DNA of 56,986 bases from Bdellovibrionota bacterium. Lineage in GTDB: Bacteria; Bdellovibrionota_C; UBA2361; OMII01. The translations under genes were made by a program, and so were the position numbers. Location: positions 1 through 56,986 of the forward strand of contig JBIJBE010000022.1 in assembly GCA_044345405.1 (NCBI GenBank). Direction: 5' to 3'. Below, one piece after another: positions 20,232 to 29,128 of this stretch; position 1 is the first letter of the stretch, and each line of letters starts with the position of its first letter. The notes under the pieces were generated by a model, which saw nothing but the letters and a program-made list of their open reading frames with translations, searched no databases and was not told where the DNA came from.

Positions 20232-21638
20232 ATGAACGCGCTCGTTCCATTCGCTCCGGTTCTCGCTCTCTCGATAGGGAGTCTTGGATATCTTCTCTCG
20301 GGACAGTTTCTTGAGCGGGCGCGTTTAACCTCGCTCTTCGCGCTCGGCCTCATCGGCGCGGCCGCGTACCTTATCGTTGGATTAGTGCCGATGTCCCCGA
20401 CGGTACCCCATGGTTTCATCATTAACGACTTCTCTAAGTTCTTCGCGGTGCTCGCGTGCCTCGGCGCCTTCGTGAGCGTTATTGGAACCGCAAGCTCCCT
20501 CGCTGAGGAGAAGATAGGGATGCTTAGTGAGTACTACTTCCTGATGCTTACCTCGTTGTGTGGCGCGCTCGTGATGATCTTCGCGTCGGACTTCCTTACG
20601 CTATTCATCGGAGTTGAGGTCGCCTCGCTCGCGCTCTACTGCTTGTGTGGCGCTCGTGTAACGAAGGAGGCCTCATCAGAGGCGGCTCTTAAGTACTTCC
20701 TCCTTGGGTGTGTGAGTTCGGCGTTCATGTTATTCGGAATCGCGCTCTGGTACGGAGCTACCGGTGGTTTAGCGATATCGGCGGTGCAGGTATCCGGACC
20801 ACTCGTTATCCTCTCCTTCGCGTTGATGTTGGTTGGGCTCGCGTTCAAGATCGGTCTCGCGCCGTTCCACCTTTGGGTTCCCGATGTCTATCAGGGCGCT
20901 CCAACCTCTGTAACGACCTATATGAGCTGTGTCGTAAAGGTCGCGGCGTTCGCGGCGCTCTTTAAGATAGCCCTCAACGCGTTTGTACTTCCAACAGAGT
21001 GGGCGGTTGGAATGTTGTGGTTCATCTCTGTGCTCGCGATGACCGTGGGTAACTTGGCTGCGCTTCAGCAGCGGAGTGTGAAGCGCATGCTTGCCTACTC
21101 AAGTGTCGCGCAAGCGGGATACATGTTAATCGGGCTCGTTGTGCTTGGTGATACGACGAGCGTTCTCGCTTCGTCGGTCTTCTACCTTACCGGCTACTGC
21201 GCGATGACTATCGGCGCCTTCACCGTGTTGTCGGTGCTCGGCCCTGACGCTGATAGCGTTGATGACCTTAAAGGTCTTGTGAAGCGTAGCCCGTTCCTCG
21301 CTATCTCGATGACCCTCTTTTTCCTCGCGCTCGCTGGATTGCCTCCAAGCATGGCTGGCTTGATGGGGAAGGTATACCTCTTCACCGGAGCGCTCTCGGC
21401 TAAGTTCTACGGATTGGCGATAATCGCGGTGCTGAACTCAGCGCTTGCGTGCGCGTACTACTTCCGTGTTCCCGCGGCGATGCTCTTCCAGGCACCTCCA
21501 ACGAATGAGCCGGTGAAGGTATCGGTATTCTCAACCTTCGCGCTTACGTTCTGTGTCGCGGCTGTGGTGGGAATCGGTATCTATCCTGAGCCGCTTGTTG
21601 AGCTTTGTGAGGCGGTTGCCGCGGTTGTGGCGCGGTAG
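20232..21638 (+). CDS. nuoN: NADH-quinone oxidoreductase subunit N
   Basis: EAALKYF, FKIGLAPFHLWVPDVYQGAPT and KRMLAYSS motifs. Confidence 0.95.
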   Translation: MNALVPFAPVLALSIGSLGYLLSGQFLERARLTSLFALGLIGAAAYLIVGLVPMSPTVPHGFIINDFSKFFAVLACLGAFVSVIGTASSLAEEKIGMLSEYYFLMLTSLCGALVMIFASDFLTLFIGVEVASLALYCLCGARVTKEASSEAALKYFLLGCVSSAFMLFGIALWYGATGGLAISAVQVSGPLVILSFALMLVGLAFKIGLAPFHLWVPDVYQGAPTSVTTYMSCVVKVAAFAALFKIALNAFVLPTEWAVGMLWFISVLAMTVGNLAALQQRSVKRMLAYSSVAQAGYMLIGLVVLGDTTSVLASSVFYLTGYCAMTIGAFTVLSVLGPDADSVDDLKGLVKRSPFLAISMTLFFLALAGLPPSMAGLMGKVYLFTGALSAKFYGLAIIAVLNSALACAYYFRVPAAMLFQAPPTNEPVKVSVFSTFALTFCVAAVVGIGIYPEPLVELCEAVAAVVAR

Positions 21639-21654
21639 TGCTGGAAACTCGTGT

Positions 21655-21857
21655 CGGAAACTCGTGTCAGTCATGACTTTCCGCCTTTTTTATCCCTGCG
21701 TTATTTGCTCTGTGCGTTGTTTCCGTTGTCTTGTTTCGCGTATCGCGACTAGCACGTTACCTAGCGCTTCGGGTCAGCTACAAATCCATTCGCGTAGGGG
21801 GCGACAATAATCTCGAGGGGAAAAACTCGGGAAAGTCATGACTGACACGAGTTTCCG
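21655..21857. repeat. Element bounded by perfect 28-bp inverted repeats (MITE/REPIN-like)
   Basis: CGGAAACTCGTGTCAGTCATGACTTTCC (21655-21682) and its exact reverse complement (21830-21857). A partial extra copy lies at 21643-21655. Confidence 0.85.
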
Positions 21858-21869
21858 TAGAAAAAGAGC

Positions 21870-21897
21870 TAAAGCAACGCTGGCAATGGGGCGATAG
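21870..21897 (+). promoter_or_regulatory. sigma28 (FliA)-type promoter
   Basis: TAAAG-N15-GGCGATAG just upstream of the 21912 ORF. Confidence 0.6.
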
Positions 21898-21911
21898 ACC
21901 ATAGAGTTTAA

Positions 21912-22841
21912 ATGTTCACGAGCAAGGGGATGCTCATGAAGTCTTGGCGAATTGGTTGGCTGGTCGGGTTATGTCTGTTGCAGTTGACTGCCGCGCATTG
22001 CGCGCGAGCTCAGGCCAAGCCGACGGCTATTGCGACAGCTACAATTTCACCCTCGGCGGCTCCAGACTGCCCTTCTTCCGAATCTTTGAAAAAGCAAGCT
22101 CCAAGCGAGCCATCCATAATTTTTGATAGCGGTAAATTGCCTGGTCACGGAAGCAGGCTAGGAGCGGATGACTACGAGCATTTTGGCAAGAATTGTCATA
22201 ATGCCGCAAACGCCTTTGCGCGAAGGGACTTTACAAGGAATGGCATAGTTCTGTGTGACACATACGGCGATCATCGAAACGATCCCAACAACCCTGGTGG
22301 CCATACATTTAATTGGAGGGTCTCCGAACCGGATATTTGTGGGATCGTTGAGGTGTGCCTCTACAACTGGACGACACCTTGTTGTTATAAGACCAAAGCT
22401 TTTGGTCAAGGAGAAGCTCCAAACCTTGGGGAGTTTGACGCCGCGCAGGCGTGTGTCCAAGCGTTCTGTGGCGATGGTTGGGTTCCTGGGAACCCCGTAG
22501 CCTTTCCGCCGGGGAAGCTTGTCGAAGATGCCGGATGGATAGGTTGTGTAAAGATAGCGGCAGGGGGGCTGCCTAATTTACCTACCGGTAATTTAGACTT
22601 CGCTCCGAGCCGCGTTAAGGCGCTTTCGTGCAGAAAGTGCTGCGAAGAGAAAGCAGCTATCGTTCGCGATTACTGGACCCCTCCGGTTAATTGCATCGAC
22701 GATGGTTTGAGGGAGAGGATCATAAAGCAGACCGACAGAGCTCTCCGAGATTGTCAGCAGGAATGTCAGAAATATTTTCAACCCCCAGTGCCTCCAACGA
22801 GGACCGCCGTTGCTTCGCGTACCCCTACTTCGGCGCGATAG
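21912..22841 (+). CDS. Secreted Cys-rich hypothetical protein
   Basis: Signal peptide ending ARA-Q, about 18 Cys, NCHNA and GHTFN motifs. Confidence 0.75.
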   Translation: MFTSKGMLMKSWRIGWLVGLCLLQLTAAHCARAQAKPTAIATATISPSAAPDCPSSESLKKQAPSEPSIIFDSGKLPGHGSRLGADDYEHFGKNCHNAANAFARRDFTRNGIVLCDTYGDHRNDPNNPGGHTFNWRVSEPDICGIVEVCLYNWTTPCCYKTKAFGQGEAPNLGEFDAAQACVQAFCGDGWVPGNPVAFPPGKLVEDAGWIGCVKIAAGGLPNLPTGNLDFAPSRVKALSCRKCCEEKAAIVRDYWTPPVNCIDDGLRERIIKQTDRALRDCQQECQKYFQPPVPPTRTAVASRTPTSAR

Positions 22842-22861
22842 GGAATCACCTACGAATTCGC

Positions 22862-22965
22862 TGGTACCCTGTACCTTGTAACTACTCGCTGAATATCTGA
22901 TTTTCCGAGCTTTACTGGGCATGTAGTAGCGTTCGATTGAGTTTGAATCAAGGAACAGGGTACCA
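22862..22965. mobile_element. 104-bp MITE-like element, copy 1
   Basis: Terminal inverted repeats TGGTACCCTGTACCTTG / CAAGGAACAGGGTACCA; near-identical to 23239-23342. Confidence 0.7.
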
Positions 22966-23034
22966 ATGGATTGGGCTTTTGGTATTCTTCGCGATGACGG
23001 GATTCTGGACTTGCGAATAGAGTCCCTGAGAGCA

Positions 23035-23093
23035 AGATAACAACCACGTGGATTTGAAGCGGTAGATCCGCGCAAATCAGGGAAGCGTTATCT
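23035..23093 (+). other. Integron attC-like site (59 bp)
   Basis: AGATAAC ... GATTTG-AA-GCGG/CCGC-G-CAAATC ... GTTATCT: complementary R''/R' boxes with an imperfect inner stem. Confidence 0.7.
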
Positions 23094-23118
23094 CCACCAA
23101 TCATCCGGACATTTTTTG

Positions 23119-23148
23119 AACCACAAAGGACGCGAAGGACGCAAAGGA
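23119..23148 (+). repeat. 9-bp periodic repeat AAC-CACAAAGGA-CGCGAAGGA-CGCAAAGGA
   Basis: Three imperfect tandem 9-mers. Confidence 0.6.
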
Positions 23149-23238
23149 GTGGCGCGTTGTAGTGCGAACGATTCCGCGCCCGCGCATTCTTCCGTCATTC
23201 CGTAAGAAGTCTACTCCCTGGCGTCGTGTGCATATGGC

Positions 23239-23342
23239 TGGTACCCTGTACCTTGTAACTACTCGCTGAATATCTGATTTTCCGAGCTTTACTGGGCATG
23301 TAGTAGCGTTCGATTGACTTTGAATCAAGGTACAGGGTACCA
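23239..23342. mobile_element. 104-bp MITE-like element, copy 2
   Basis: Perfect 17-bp terminal inverted repeats; direct repeat of 22862-22965 with two substitutions. Confidence 0.7.
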
Positions 23343-23359
23343 ATGGATTAGGTGCAAGT

Positions 23360-23981
23360 ATGAATGAGATCGGTCAGACTGAGATTCCCGTTATATATAG
23401 CGAAGTGACCTACCTTGAAATGGTCAAGGATCCGCAAGTTCAACCGGCGGATCTAGGGCGGTTTTCGATGCGACGCGTTGAGAATATCAGCGTATCTGAC
23501 TACATGGATATTTATACAGAAGTTGGCCGAGATTACCTGTGGAATTACCGACCGGGTCAGAGCGACGAGGAAATTAGAGCTATTCTTAGTTCGCCCACCA
23601 CCTGGATGTACGTACTATTTACTATTTGAAGATGGGCAAGCCGTCGGCATGGCCGAGCTAGATGCCAGCAAGACCGACGATGTAGAGTTAGTACATTTCG
23701 GTTTTATTCCGCGTTTTCTTAATCAAGGTATCGGCAAGTTGTTTCTGCGAAATATCATCTCCCTTGTGTGGAAAACCGGTGTTCGCCGTATGTGGCTCAG
23801 TACCTGTGGGATGGACCATCCTAAAGCAATCCGCTTTTACGAGGCCGCTGGCTTCATTCCATTCAAAACAAGGATGGGTGAGTTTAAAGATTGGCGGTTC
23901 ACTGGTTTCTACAACATGGGGGATGCGCCTAGGATCCCATATGGCGTGAGGGTATCTACGGGGACACCACAAAAGGGGTAA
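23360..23981 (+). pseudogene. GNAT acetyltransferase frameshifted by a 7-bp tandem duplication
   Basis: ACTATTT is duplicated (23614-23620, 23621-23627). Removing one copy joins both ORFs (MYVLFEDGQ...) into 204 aa with NQGIGK and AIRFYEAAGF GNAT motifs. Confidence 0.85.
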
Positions 23982-24031
23982 CACGGTATCCGAGCGGACC
24001 GCCTGGGCGCCCGCTCACTGAAACGTTATGG
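23976..24031 (+). other. Integron attC-like site overlapping the GNAT stop codon
   Basis: GGGTAAC ... GAGCGG-AC-CGCC/GGCG-C-CCGCTC ... GTTATGG; the TAA stop lies inside the R'' box. Confidence 0.7.
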
Positions 24032-24096
24032 CTGCTCACTAAACTCACCTCATTTTACCGGCAAATCTCACCAGCGATGAAATCCCCACCGGTAGG

Positions 24097-24339
24097 TTGG
24101 CCTGGACGAAGGTAATAGAGCTCGCCTCTACCTTTGATCCGAGGTCGGAGACGGTGGAAGGAGGCAGCGTCGCAGGTTTCGAAGATGTTGATGCCGCCTC
24201 AACGGTGTCCGATATGCGAAGGGCTCTTTATGCTGAATGGCGACGGTGGAATCATCTCGGCGTAGATCCGGAACCGGCGATTGTAGAGAGAGTAATCCAA
24301 ATAGTGAGCTGGATCCGCGACCAAGTTCCCCAGTCGTAA
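24097..24339 (+). CDS. Small hypothetical protein or cassette gene remnant
   Basis: 80-aa ORF just after an attC site; TTG start; not recognised. Confidence 0.4.
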   Translation: MAWTKVIELASTFDPRSETVEGGSVAGFEDVDAASTVSDMRRALYAEWRRWNHLGVDPEPAIVERVIQIVSWIRDQVPQS

Positions 24340-24433
24340 AAAAGCAAGATACCCGAGCGCGGTATCCAGTTGATCTTGAGTCTTGCCTCTTACAAGCATG
24401 ACCCGCGAGGGCTTTAGTGCCAAGCCGTCGACG

Positions 24434-24958
24434 TCAGGTATCCCCGCCATCACCGAAGCCAATTCGCCTCCTTTTCGGCGGTTCCGCCGGTGACATCAGC
24501 TCGCGAATAGCATCGAAAACTACCTTGAACTGCCGATCGTAGCGCTGTTCGAGTTCCGCAAGTTTACGAGCGAGCTCCTGATTTGACGAAATGAATGCTC
24601 GAAGTTTTACGAAGGCGCGCATGATTTCGATGTTTACCCGTACCGCTTTCTTGCTTCGTAAAACGGTGGATAGCATGGCAATCCCCTGTTCGGTGAAAAC
24701 CAGGGGGCGGTAACGGCGTCCACCATAGGAAGAACTTGAGATCCCAATTTGGGATCTCAAGTTTGCAACCTCCTGTTCTGATAACTGAAACATAAAGTCA
24801 GGGGGAAAGCGATCCGCATTACGCCTCACGGCCCGGGTTAGAATTCTCGTCTCAACGTCGTAAAGTCGAGCTAGGTCTTGGTCCAGCATCACTTTGTGAC
24901 CGCGGACCAGGTAGATCAGATTTTCAACATTCATCGGTAAAAGGGAATTGTCAGCCAT
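24434..24958 (-). CDS. ORF6N (KilA-N-like) DNA-binding domain protein
   Basis: IYLVRGHKVMLDQDLARLY, RFPPDFMFQL, FTEQGIAMLS.VL.S and RRIGF motifs; SD GGAGG. Confidence 0.92.
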   Translation of the reverse strand: MADNSLLPMNVENLIYLVRGHKVMLDQDLARLYDVETRILTRAVRRNADRFPPDFMFQLSEQEVANLRSQIGISSSSYGGRRYRPLVFTEQGIAMLSTVLRSKKAVRVNIEIMRAFVKLRAFISSNQELARKLAELEQRYDRQFKVVFDAIRELMSPAEPPKRRRIGFGDGGDT

Positions 24959-25006
24959 AGCACCTCCAACGAGCCTATCGACGGAAATGACGCTAAGTTG
25001 CCTGGA

Positions 25007-25112
25007 GCCATAACAAAAACGACGACAGGACGGGCCGTGGGTCTTTTTTGTCCGGAAAACGAGCCGTTTGGTGTAAGACTGGTGAGCGGCCTGTCTCCCG
25101 AAACGTTATGGC
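25007..25112 (+). other. Integron attC-like site (106 bp)
   Basis: GCCATAAC ... GACAGG ... CCTGTC ... GTTATGGC with perfectly complementary ends. Confidence 0.7.
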
Positions 25113-25170
25113 ACTAACAAAAAAATCCTATCTCTGCCAATTAGTGGTTACGTGATTTCAGCAACGCCTT

Positions 25171-25211
<41 letters not shown>

Positions 25212-25295
25212 CGTTTGCTTCAGAAGCGGATCCGCTACTTGGAGCTTGGAGATGCAGGAATGAAACAGGAAAAGTTGTTTCTATGGTACTTGCGG

Positions 25296-25335
25296 CCCCT
25301 GTAGCCGGGCTACTTCCCCTGCAACCGGGCTACTT
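25296..25335. repeat. 20-bp tandem repeat with a GTAGCC-G-GGCTAC palindrome; related copy at 27417-27432
   Basis: CCCCTGTAGCCGGGCTACTT / CCCCTGCAACCGGGCTACTT; CTGTACCCGGGCTACT at 27417. Confidence 0.6.
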
Positions 25336-25537
25336 GTCCCGTAAAAGAATAACCACCTGGATTTGCGAGCTGTTTTGGATTGATTTGAATCGATGCGAGG
25401 CTTCATTCTTTAAAGACTTTCTTTTCGAAAGAGGGGGCAAGAGAGCAGACGTGTTGTGTCACGTGAACCCCTAAAATGCCCATATTCAGAGGAGGGAGCT
25501 GATCGGTAGCCTTTGTGGTCAGCGGTTATGGGGGATA

Positions 25538-27355
25538 ATGGCTCAGTATCAAAAAGTACCCACGACGGAAGATCGTCGTTCTTCTGCTGATGCGCCAACG
25601 CGTGCATCAATGATTGGTCGTTTAACGGCTCCACTTGCGATGGCGTATGCCGCGATACTTCACGCTGAGGAGAAAGTTCTGGCTCCTGAGCCTCCGGTCA
25701 TGACGGCGACCGCTGGAGATGTAGATGCGGAAAAGCAGTCCGAGGCGGCTGAGGTGCAGTGGAGGCAATGGCGCCAAAAATTTCGGGGACAGATCCCAAC
25801 GGCGGTAGCCGGGGCGGATCAATTTGCCGAAATGGTTCGCGACCTTCGGTTTCGAGTAAGTGAGGCCGCAACACTTGAGCTCCCTTTATCGTTCATTGTC
25901 CAAGAGACATCCGACGGCCGGCTCTCGGTGAATGAAGAGCGCCTTGCGCCACTTGTGCGCCACTCCCACCTTTCTCGGGAGGAGATACTCAAACTCGCGA
26001 CAGCTGCTCATCAGGCGGTCCACGATATTGAACTACAGGAGAAGAGGCTACTGGACTTAGAGCGTAGCCAAGAGTCGCTCACACCGATTATGGAGAATTA
26101 TAAACGCCTCGGAAGGGGCATAGACTACCATTACGGTGTAATCCGGGATGCAGAAGCCGAGCAGTCGAAGCTCGACCCAACGCTTAAAGAGCTCTGTGAG
26201 CTGGAAGCTCTGCACGTGGCGAAGTCTCGAGGTGGTTCGCATGACGCAGGCCGATTCAAGCAACTCTCGCGTAGAATTGGGCTTCACTCAGCGGCTGAGG
26301 TCTCTGAGGCTCGCTGTGATCTTGAGCGTATTAAGGCGCGACACGAGGGCCCGATTACCAAAGCGCGTCAAGCCATCGTCGAACTCACGACTGAGAGGGA
26401 GCAGATTGCTGAAGCCGCATTTCATGAAGCGTGTGAACGGTATGATTCAATAGAAAAATACACCGCTACGATCGAGGAGACCTCTGCTCGCACCAGTAAA
26501 CTCGCTCGAGAGACAAGCACCATACGGAATAAAACGTTCGGTGACTTGGTCAAAGTGGGGGAACGCGAGGCGCTCCAATTTGAGCTGGCGAAAGTTGAAA
26601 CCTCTCTCACGAGAAGGGAGTACACGACCTTCACGACGCTCGGTAATACTTCGACAGCATTCATATTTGATAGGGATCGGAGAAACGGTCCGGTACTCTC
26701 CATTGCGACCAATGAGCCCAACACCACGATCAAAGCGACTGAGCAAGGCGAAAACGTTTTGCTTACCCTTGGGCAGCCAGCCCCGTTTCATCTTCGCGTT
26801 ATTAACCCGGAGCAGACCGTGCGCAACTATCTTGATAACAATGAGGAGGTCGCGTTCGATGACAAAGGAACGGTTAACGCTTTAGATCCTCTCCATGACC
26901 TTAATGGTCCGAAAATAGTGCTACATCTCTGCCCAGGCTCACGCTTTGACCTCACCGGAGTCAAATCATCGAGGCGTGATATCACGTGCGAGGGAAGCGG
27001 CTCCATTATCCTTGGCGCTCGTGGTCAAACCCCACCGGATGGACGGACGCCGCGCATAGAGATACAAACGAATCGTATGCCGGAACCGCTTGTTCTCTCG
27101 ATTCCCAGCAACCAAGGCCTAGACGAACGACATATCTCGTACGACTCCTTCGGCATCAAACTCTCGCTTCAAGCCGATGTCACGATTGCCACGAAAACAT
27201 CCAGGTTCGGTAGCCTCTTCGATAAGCCTGGCGCTGACGTCGATATTCAGGTGCGTGGCACCAAGGGTGACGTGATCGTCCCGGTTGTGAGGGATGGTAG
27301 ACCGGTTTTTGATGATCCGCGCAAGGTCCTCGCGCGGATCAATGCCGTCGAATAA
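25538..27355 (+). CDS. Hypothetical protein: possible signal/anchor, coiled coil, beta-rich C-terminus
   Basis: Uninterrupted 605-aa ORF with a heptad-rich centre; no recognised family. Confidence 0.75.
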   Translation: MAQYQKVPTTEDRRSSADAPTRASMIGRLTAPLAMAYAAILHAEEKVLAPEPPVMTATAGDVDAEKQSEAAEVQWRQWRQKFRGQIPTAVAGADQFAEMVRDLRFRVSEAATLELPLSFIVQETSDGRLSVNEERLAPLVRHSHLSREEILKLATAAHQAVHDIELQEKRLLDLERSQESLTPIMENYKRLGRGIDYHYGVIRDAEAEQSKLDPTLKELCELEALHVAKSRGGSHDAGRFKQLSRRIGLHSAAEVSEARCDLERIKARHEGPITKARQAIVELTTEREQIAEAAFHEACERYDSIEKYTATIEETSARTSKLARETSTIRNKTFGDLVKVGEREALQFELAKVETSLTRREYTTFTTLGNTSTAFIFDRDRRNGPVLSIATNEPNTTIKATEQGENVLLTLGQPAPFHLRVINPEQTVRNYLDNNEEVAFDDKGTVNALDPLHDLNGPKIVLHLCPGSRFDLTGVKSSRRDITCEGSGSIILGARGQTPPDGRTPRIEIQTNRMPEPLVLSIPSNQGLDERHISYDSFGIKLSLQADVTIATKTSRFGSLFDKPGADVDIQVRGTKGDVIVPVVRDGRPVFDDPRKVLARINAVE

Positions 27356-27430
27356 TCACATATTCAGTTTTTTGCCTTGCAAAGAGCGACCGTCGTGACT
27401 CCTTACTATTTTTGGTCTGTACCCGGGCTA

Positions 27431-28039
27431 CTATTTCTCTGGCCCCGTTGTCTGAGGCGTTGCTCCCTCGCGTGAGAGCCACTGCAACGCAGCTTTCCCC
27501 TCAGCCGATAGCTCGGTGGGGTCGATGGCTTTCAAGATATCGAGTGCGCGGACCTTCTCTCCTACAAGAACAAACGCCGCAGACCGTTCCTCTTCAACTC
27601 GTGCGGCCTTCGGGGTGAGTTCGTGCGCTTGGTCAAGGAGGTCAAGGGCAGACGCACCGTCCCCTCGACGCAAAAAACACCGACCTAGCTCAAAGAGAGC
27701 GGTAGCGTGGTAGTGGGAGTTTTTTGGAGCTAGCGCAAGTAAGGCTTGCGCCTCGGCATACGCGGTCGCTACGTCATTGACGACCAGACTCTTTGAGGTG
27801 AGTAACGCTCGTCCCTGCATCCAGTAGGGAAAGCGACGAATGAGGGCGCGGAGCTCCTCTAACTCAACGGCTTCCGTTGCTGTCTCTTGAGGTGAAAGCG
27901 GGGAAGGAGAGGGGCGGTTCAAGCGACCGGCATATGCCCGCAGTCGCCACAATGTGCTAGCGCAGAAACTACCTACGACGTGAGAGATTCGACGCACGGT
28001 CAAAGAACTACCACGGCCAAAGAGAACTACCACGGCCAA
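27431..28039 (-). CDS. TPR-repeat protein
   Basis: ALFELGRCFLRRGD..ALDLLDQAHELTP TPR pattern; start uncertain. Confidence 0.7.
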   Translation of the reverse strand: MAVVVLFGRGSSLTVRRISHVVGSFCASTLWRLRAYAGRLNRPSPSPLSPQETATEAVELEELRALIRRFPYWMQGRALLTSKSLVVNDVATAYAEAQALLALAPKNSHYHATALFELGRCFLRRGDGASALDLLDQAHELTPKAARVEEERSAAFVLVGEKVRALDILKAIDPTELSAEGKAALQWLSREGATPQTTGPEK

Positions 28040-28045
28040 AGAGGA

Positions 28046-28309
28046 CTACTTCGTCCCTGTGCCACCCTGTGCCTCAGCCTCGATCTCGAGGGGGAGGATT
28101 TGGCGTTCATCGGTTACACCGGATGGAAGTCCGGCCTGAGCGACACGGAGCTCTCGAAGCTGGACGTTGTGAGCGATGTCACGCTCCTTAGCCTTGCCCA
28201 TAACGGAGTCATCAGCCCAGAAGAGCGCGAGGCTCAAGCCGATTGCGGCAGCTCCCGCTCCAATAAGCCATCTGAAAGCACCGTTCACTTCGCTAGTTTT
28301 GAGTTCCAT
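28046..28309 (-). CDS. Small single-pass membrane protein
   Basis: One hydrophobic segment; SD-like AGGT before ATG. Confidence 0.6.
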   Translation of the reverse strand: MELKTSEVNGAFRWLIGAGAAAIGLSLALFWADDSVMGKAKERDIAHNVQLRELRVAQAGLPSGVTDERQILPLEIEAEAQGGTGTK

Positions 28310-28547
28310 AGTTACCTATCGTATTGAAAGTGTTGCGAGTGTATACCTGGTCACCGGCTTCGGGCAAGAGTGCTCGGTTGAGTTGACGTGGCCTCCTCAT
28401 ATGGGGGAAAATGTAGCAATAACAGCCCGTTGAGAATGCCTTTGCCTGCCATCATAGTTCGAAGTCAAGATTAAGGGATACGGCCTTGAGGATGTGCGGG
28501 TATCTGCGTAGTGTGGAGCGCTTAGTTGGTCGAGGGAGTGTGTCGTT

Positions 28548-29117
28548 ATGATGTTGTCAGATGCTGATATTAAGCGGGTCATCGATAGTGGGGAGCTCAA
28601 GGTTTCTCCCTATTCCTCACAGTGGATTCGCTCCTCGGGTATCACGATGCACCTGGGCGCTGAGCTCTTGAAGCCTCAGTCGGGGCACGTTGTTGATGTT
28701 CGAACATCCGGTCCCCCACCGTACGATTCTATCATTATAACACCTGAGCAGCCGTACGCGCTTCAGCCCGGTGAGTTTATCCTTGGGCACACCTACCAGA
28801 ATGTGACGGTAGGGAATTCCCTCGGTTTCATGATCGAGGGGCGGAGTACGTTGGCGCGAGTCGGTCTTACGATCGTCCAGACGGCGATGATGGTGTACCC
28901 AGGCCACAGCGATCGGCCGGTCACATTAGAGTTGGCGAACCACGGACCGAACCCGATCTTGCTCTACCCTAAGATGAAGATCGCTCGGGTGGTGCTCTTT
29001 GAGCTCAAGACCCCGAGCGCGGTGCGCTATGACGATAAGGGTAAGTATCGGTATCAGCAGTCTGTTGGCATTCCGATCTACAACAACGAGATCATGAGTG
29101 ACGACGAGCTAGAGTAG
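28548..29117 (+). CDS. dcd: dCTP deaminase
   Basis: MLSD.DI, LQPGEFILG, EGRSTLARVGL, TLEL.N and GKY..Q motifs. Confidence 0.9.
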   Translation: MMLSDADIKRVIDSGELKVSPYSSQWIRSSGITMHLGAELLKPQSGHVVDVRTSGPPPYDSIIITPEQPYALQPGEFILGHTYQNVTVGNSLGFMIEGRSTLARVGLTIVQTAMMVYPGHSDRPVTLELANHGPNPILLYPKMKIARVVLFELKTPSAVRYDDKGKYRYQQSVGIPIYNNEIMSDDELE

Positions 29118-29128
29118 AGTTTCTTCGC

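Noticed and set aside
24199-24462. Minus-strand ORF continuing after ORF6N
   Set aside because: It overlaps the plus-strand ORF, has no SD and no recognisable family.
25343-25400. Fourth attC (GAATAACCACCTGGATTTG resembles the left arm of the 23035 site)
   Set aside because: No complementary right arm or GTT box.
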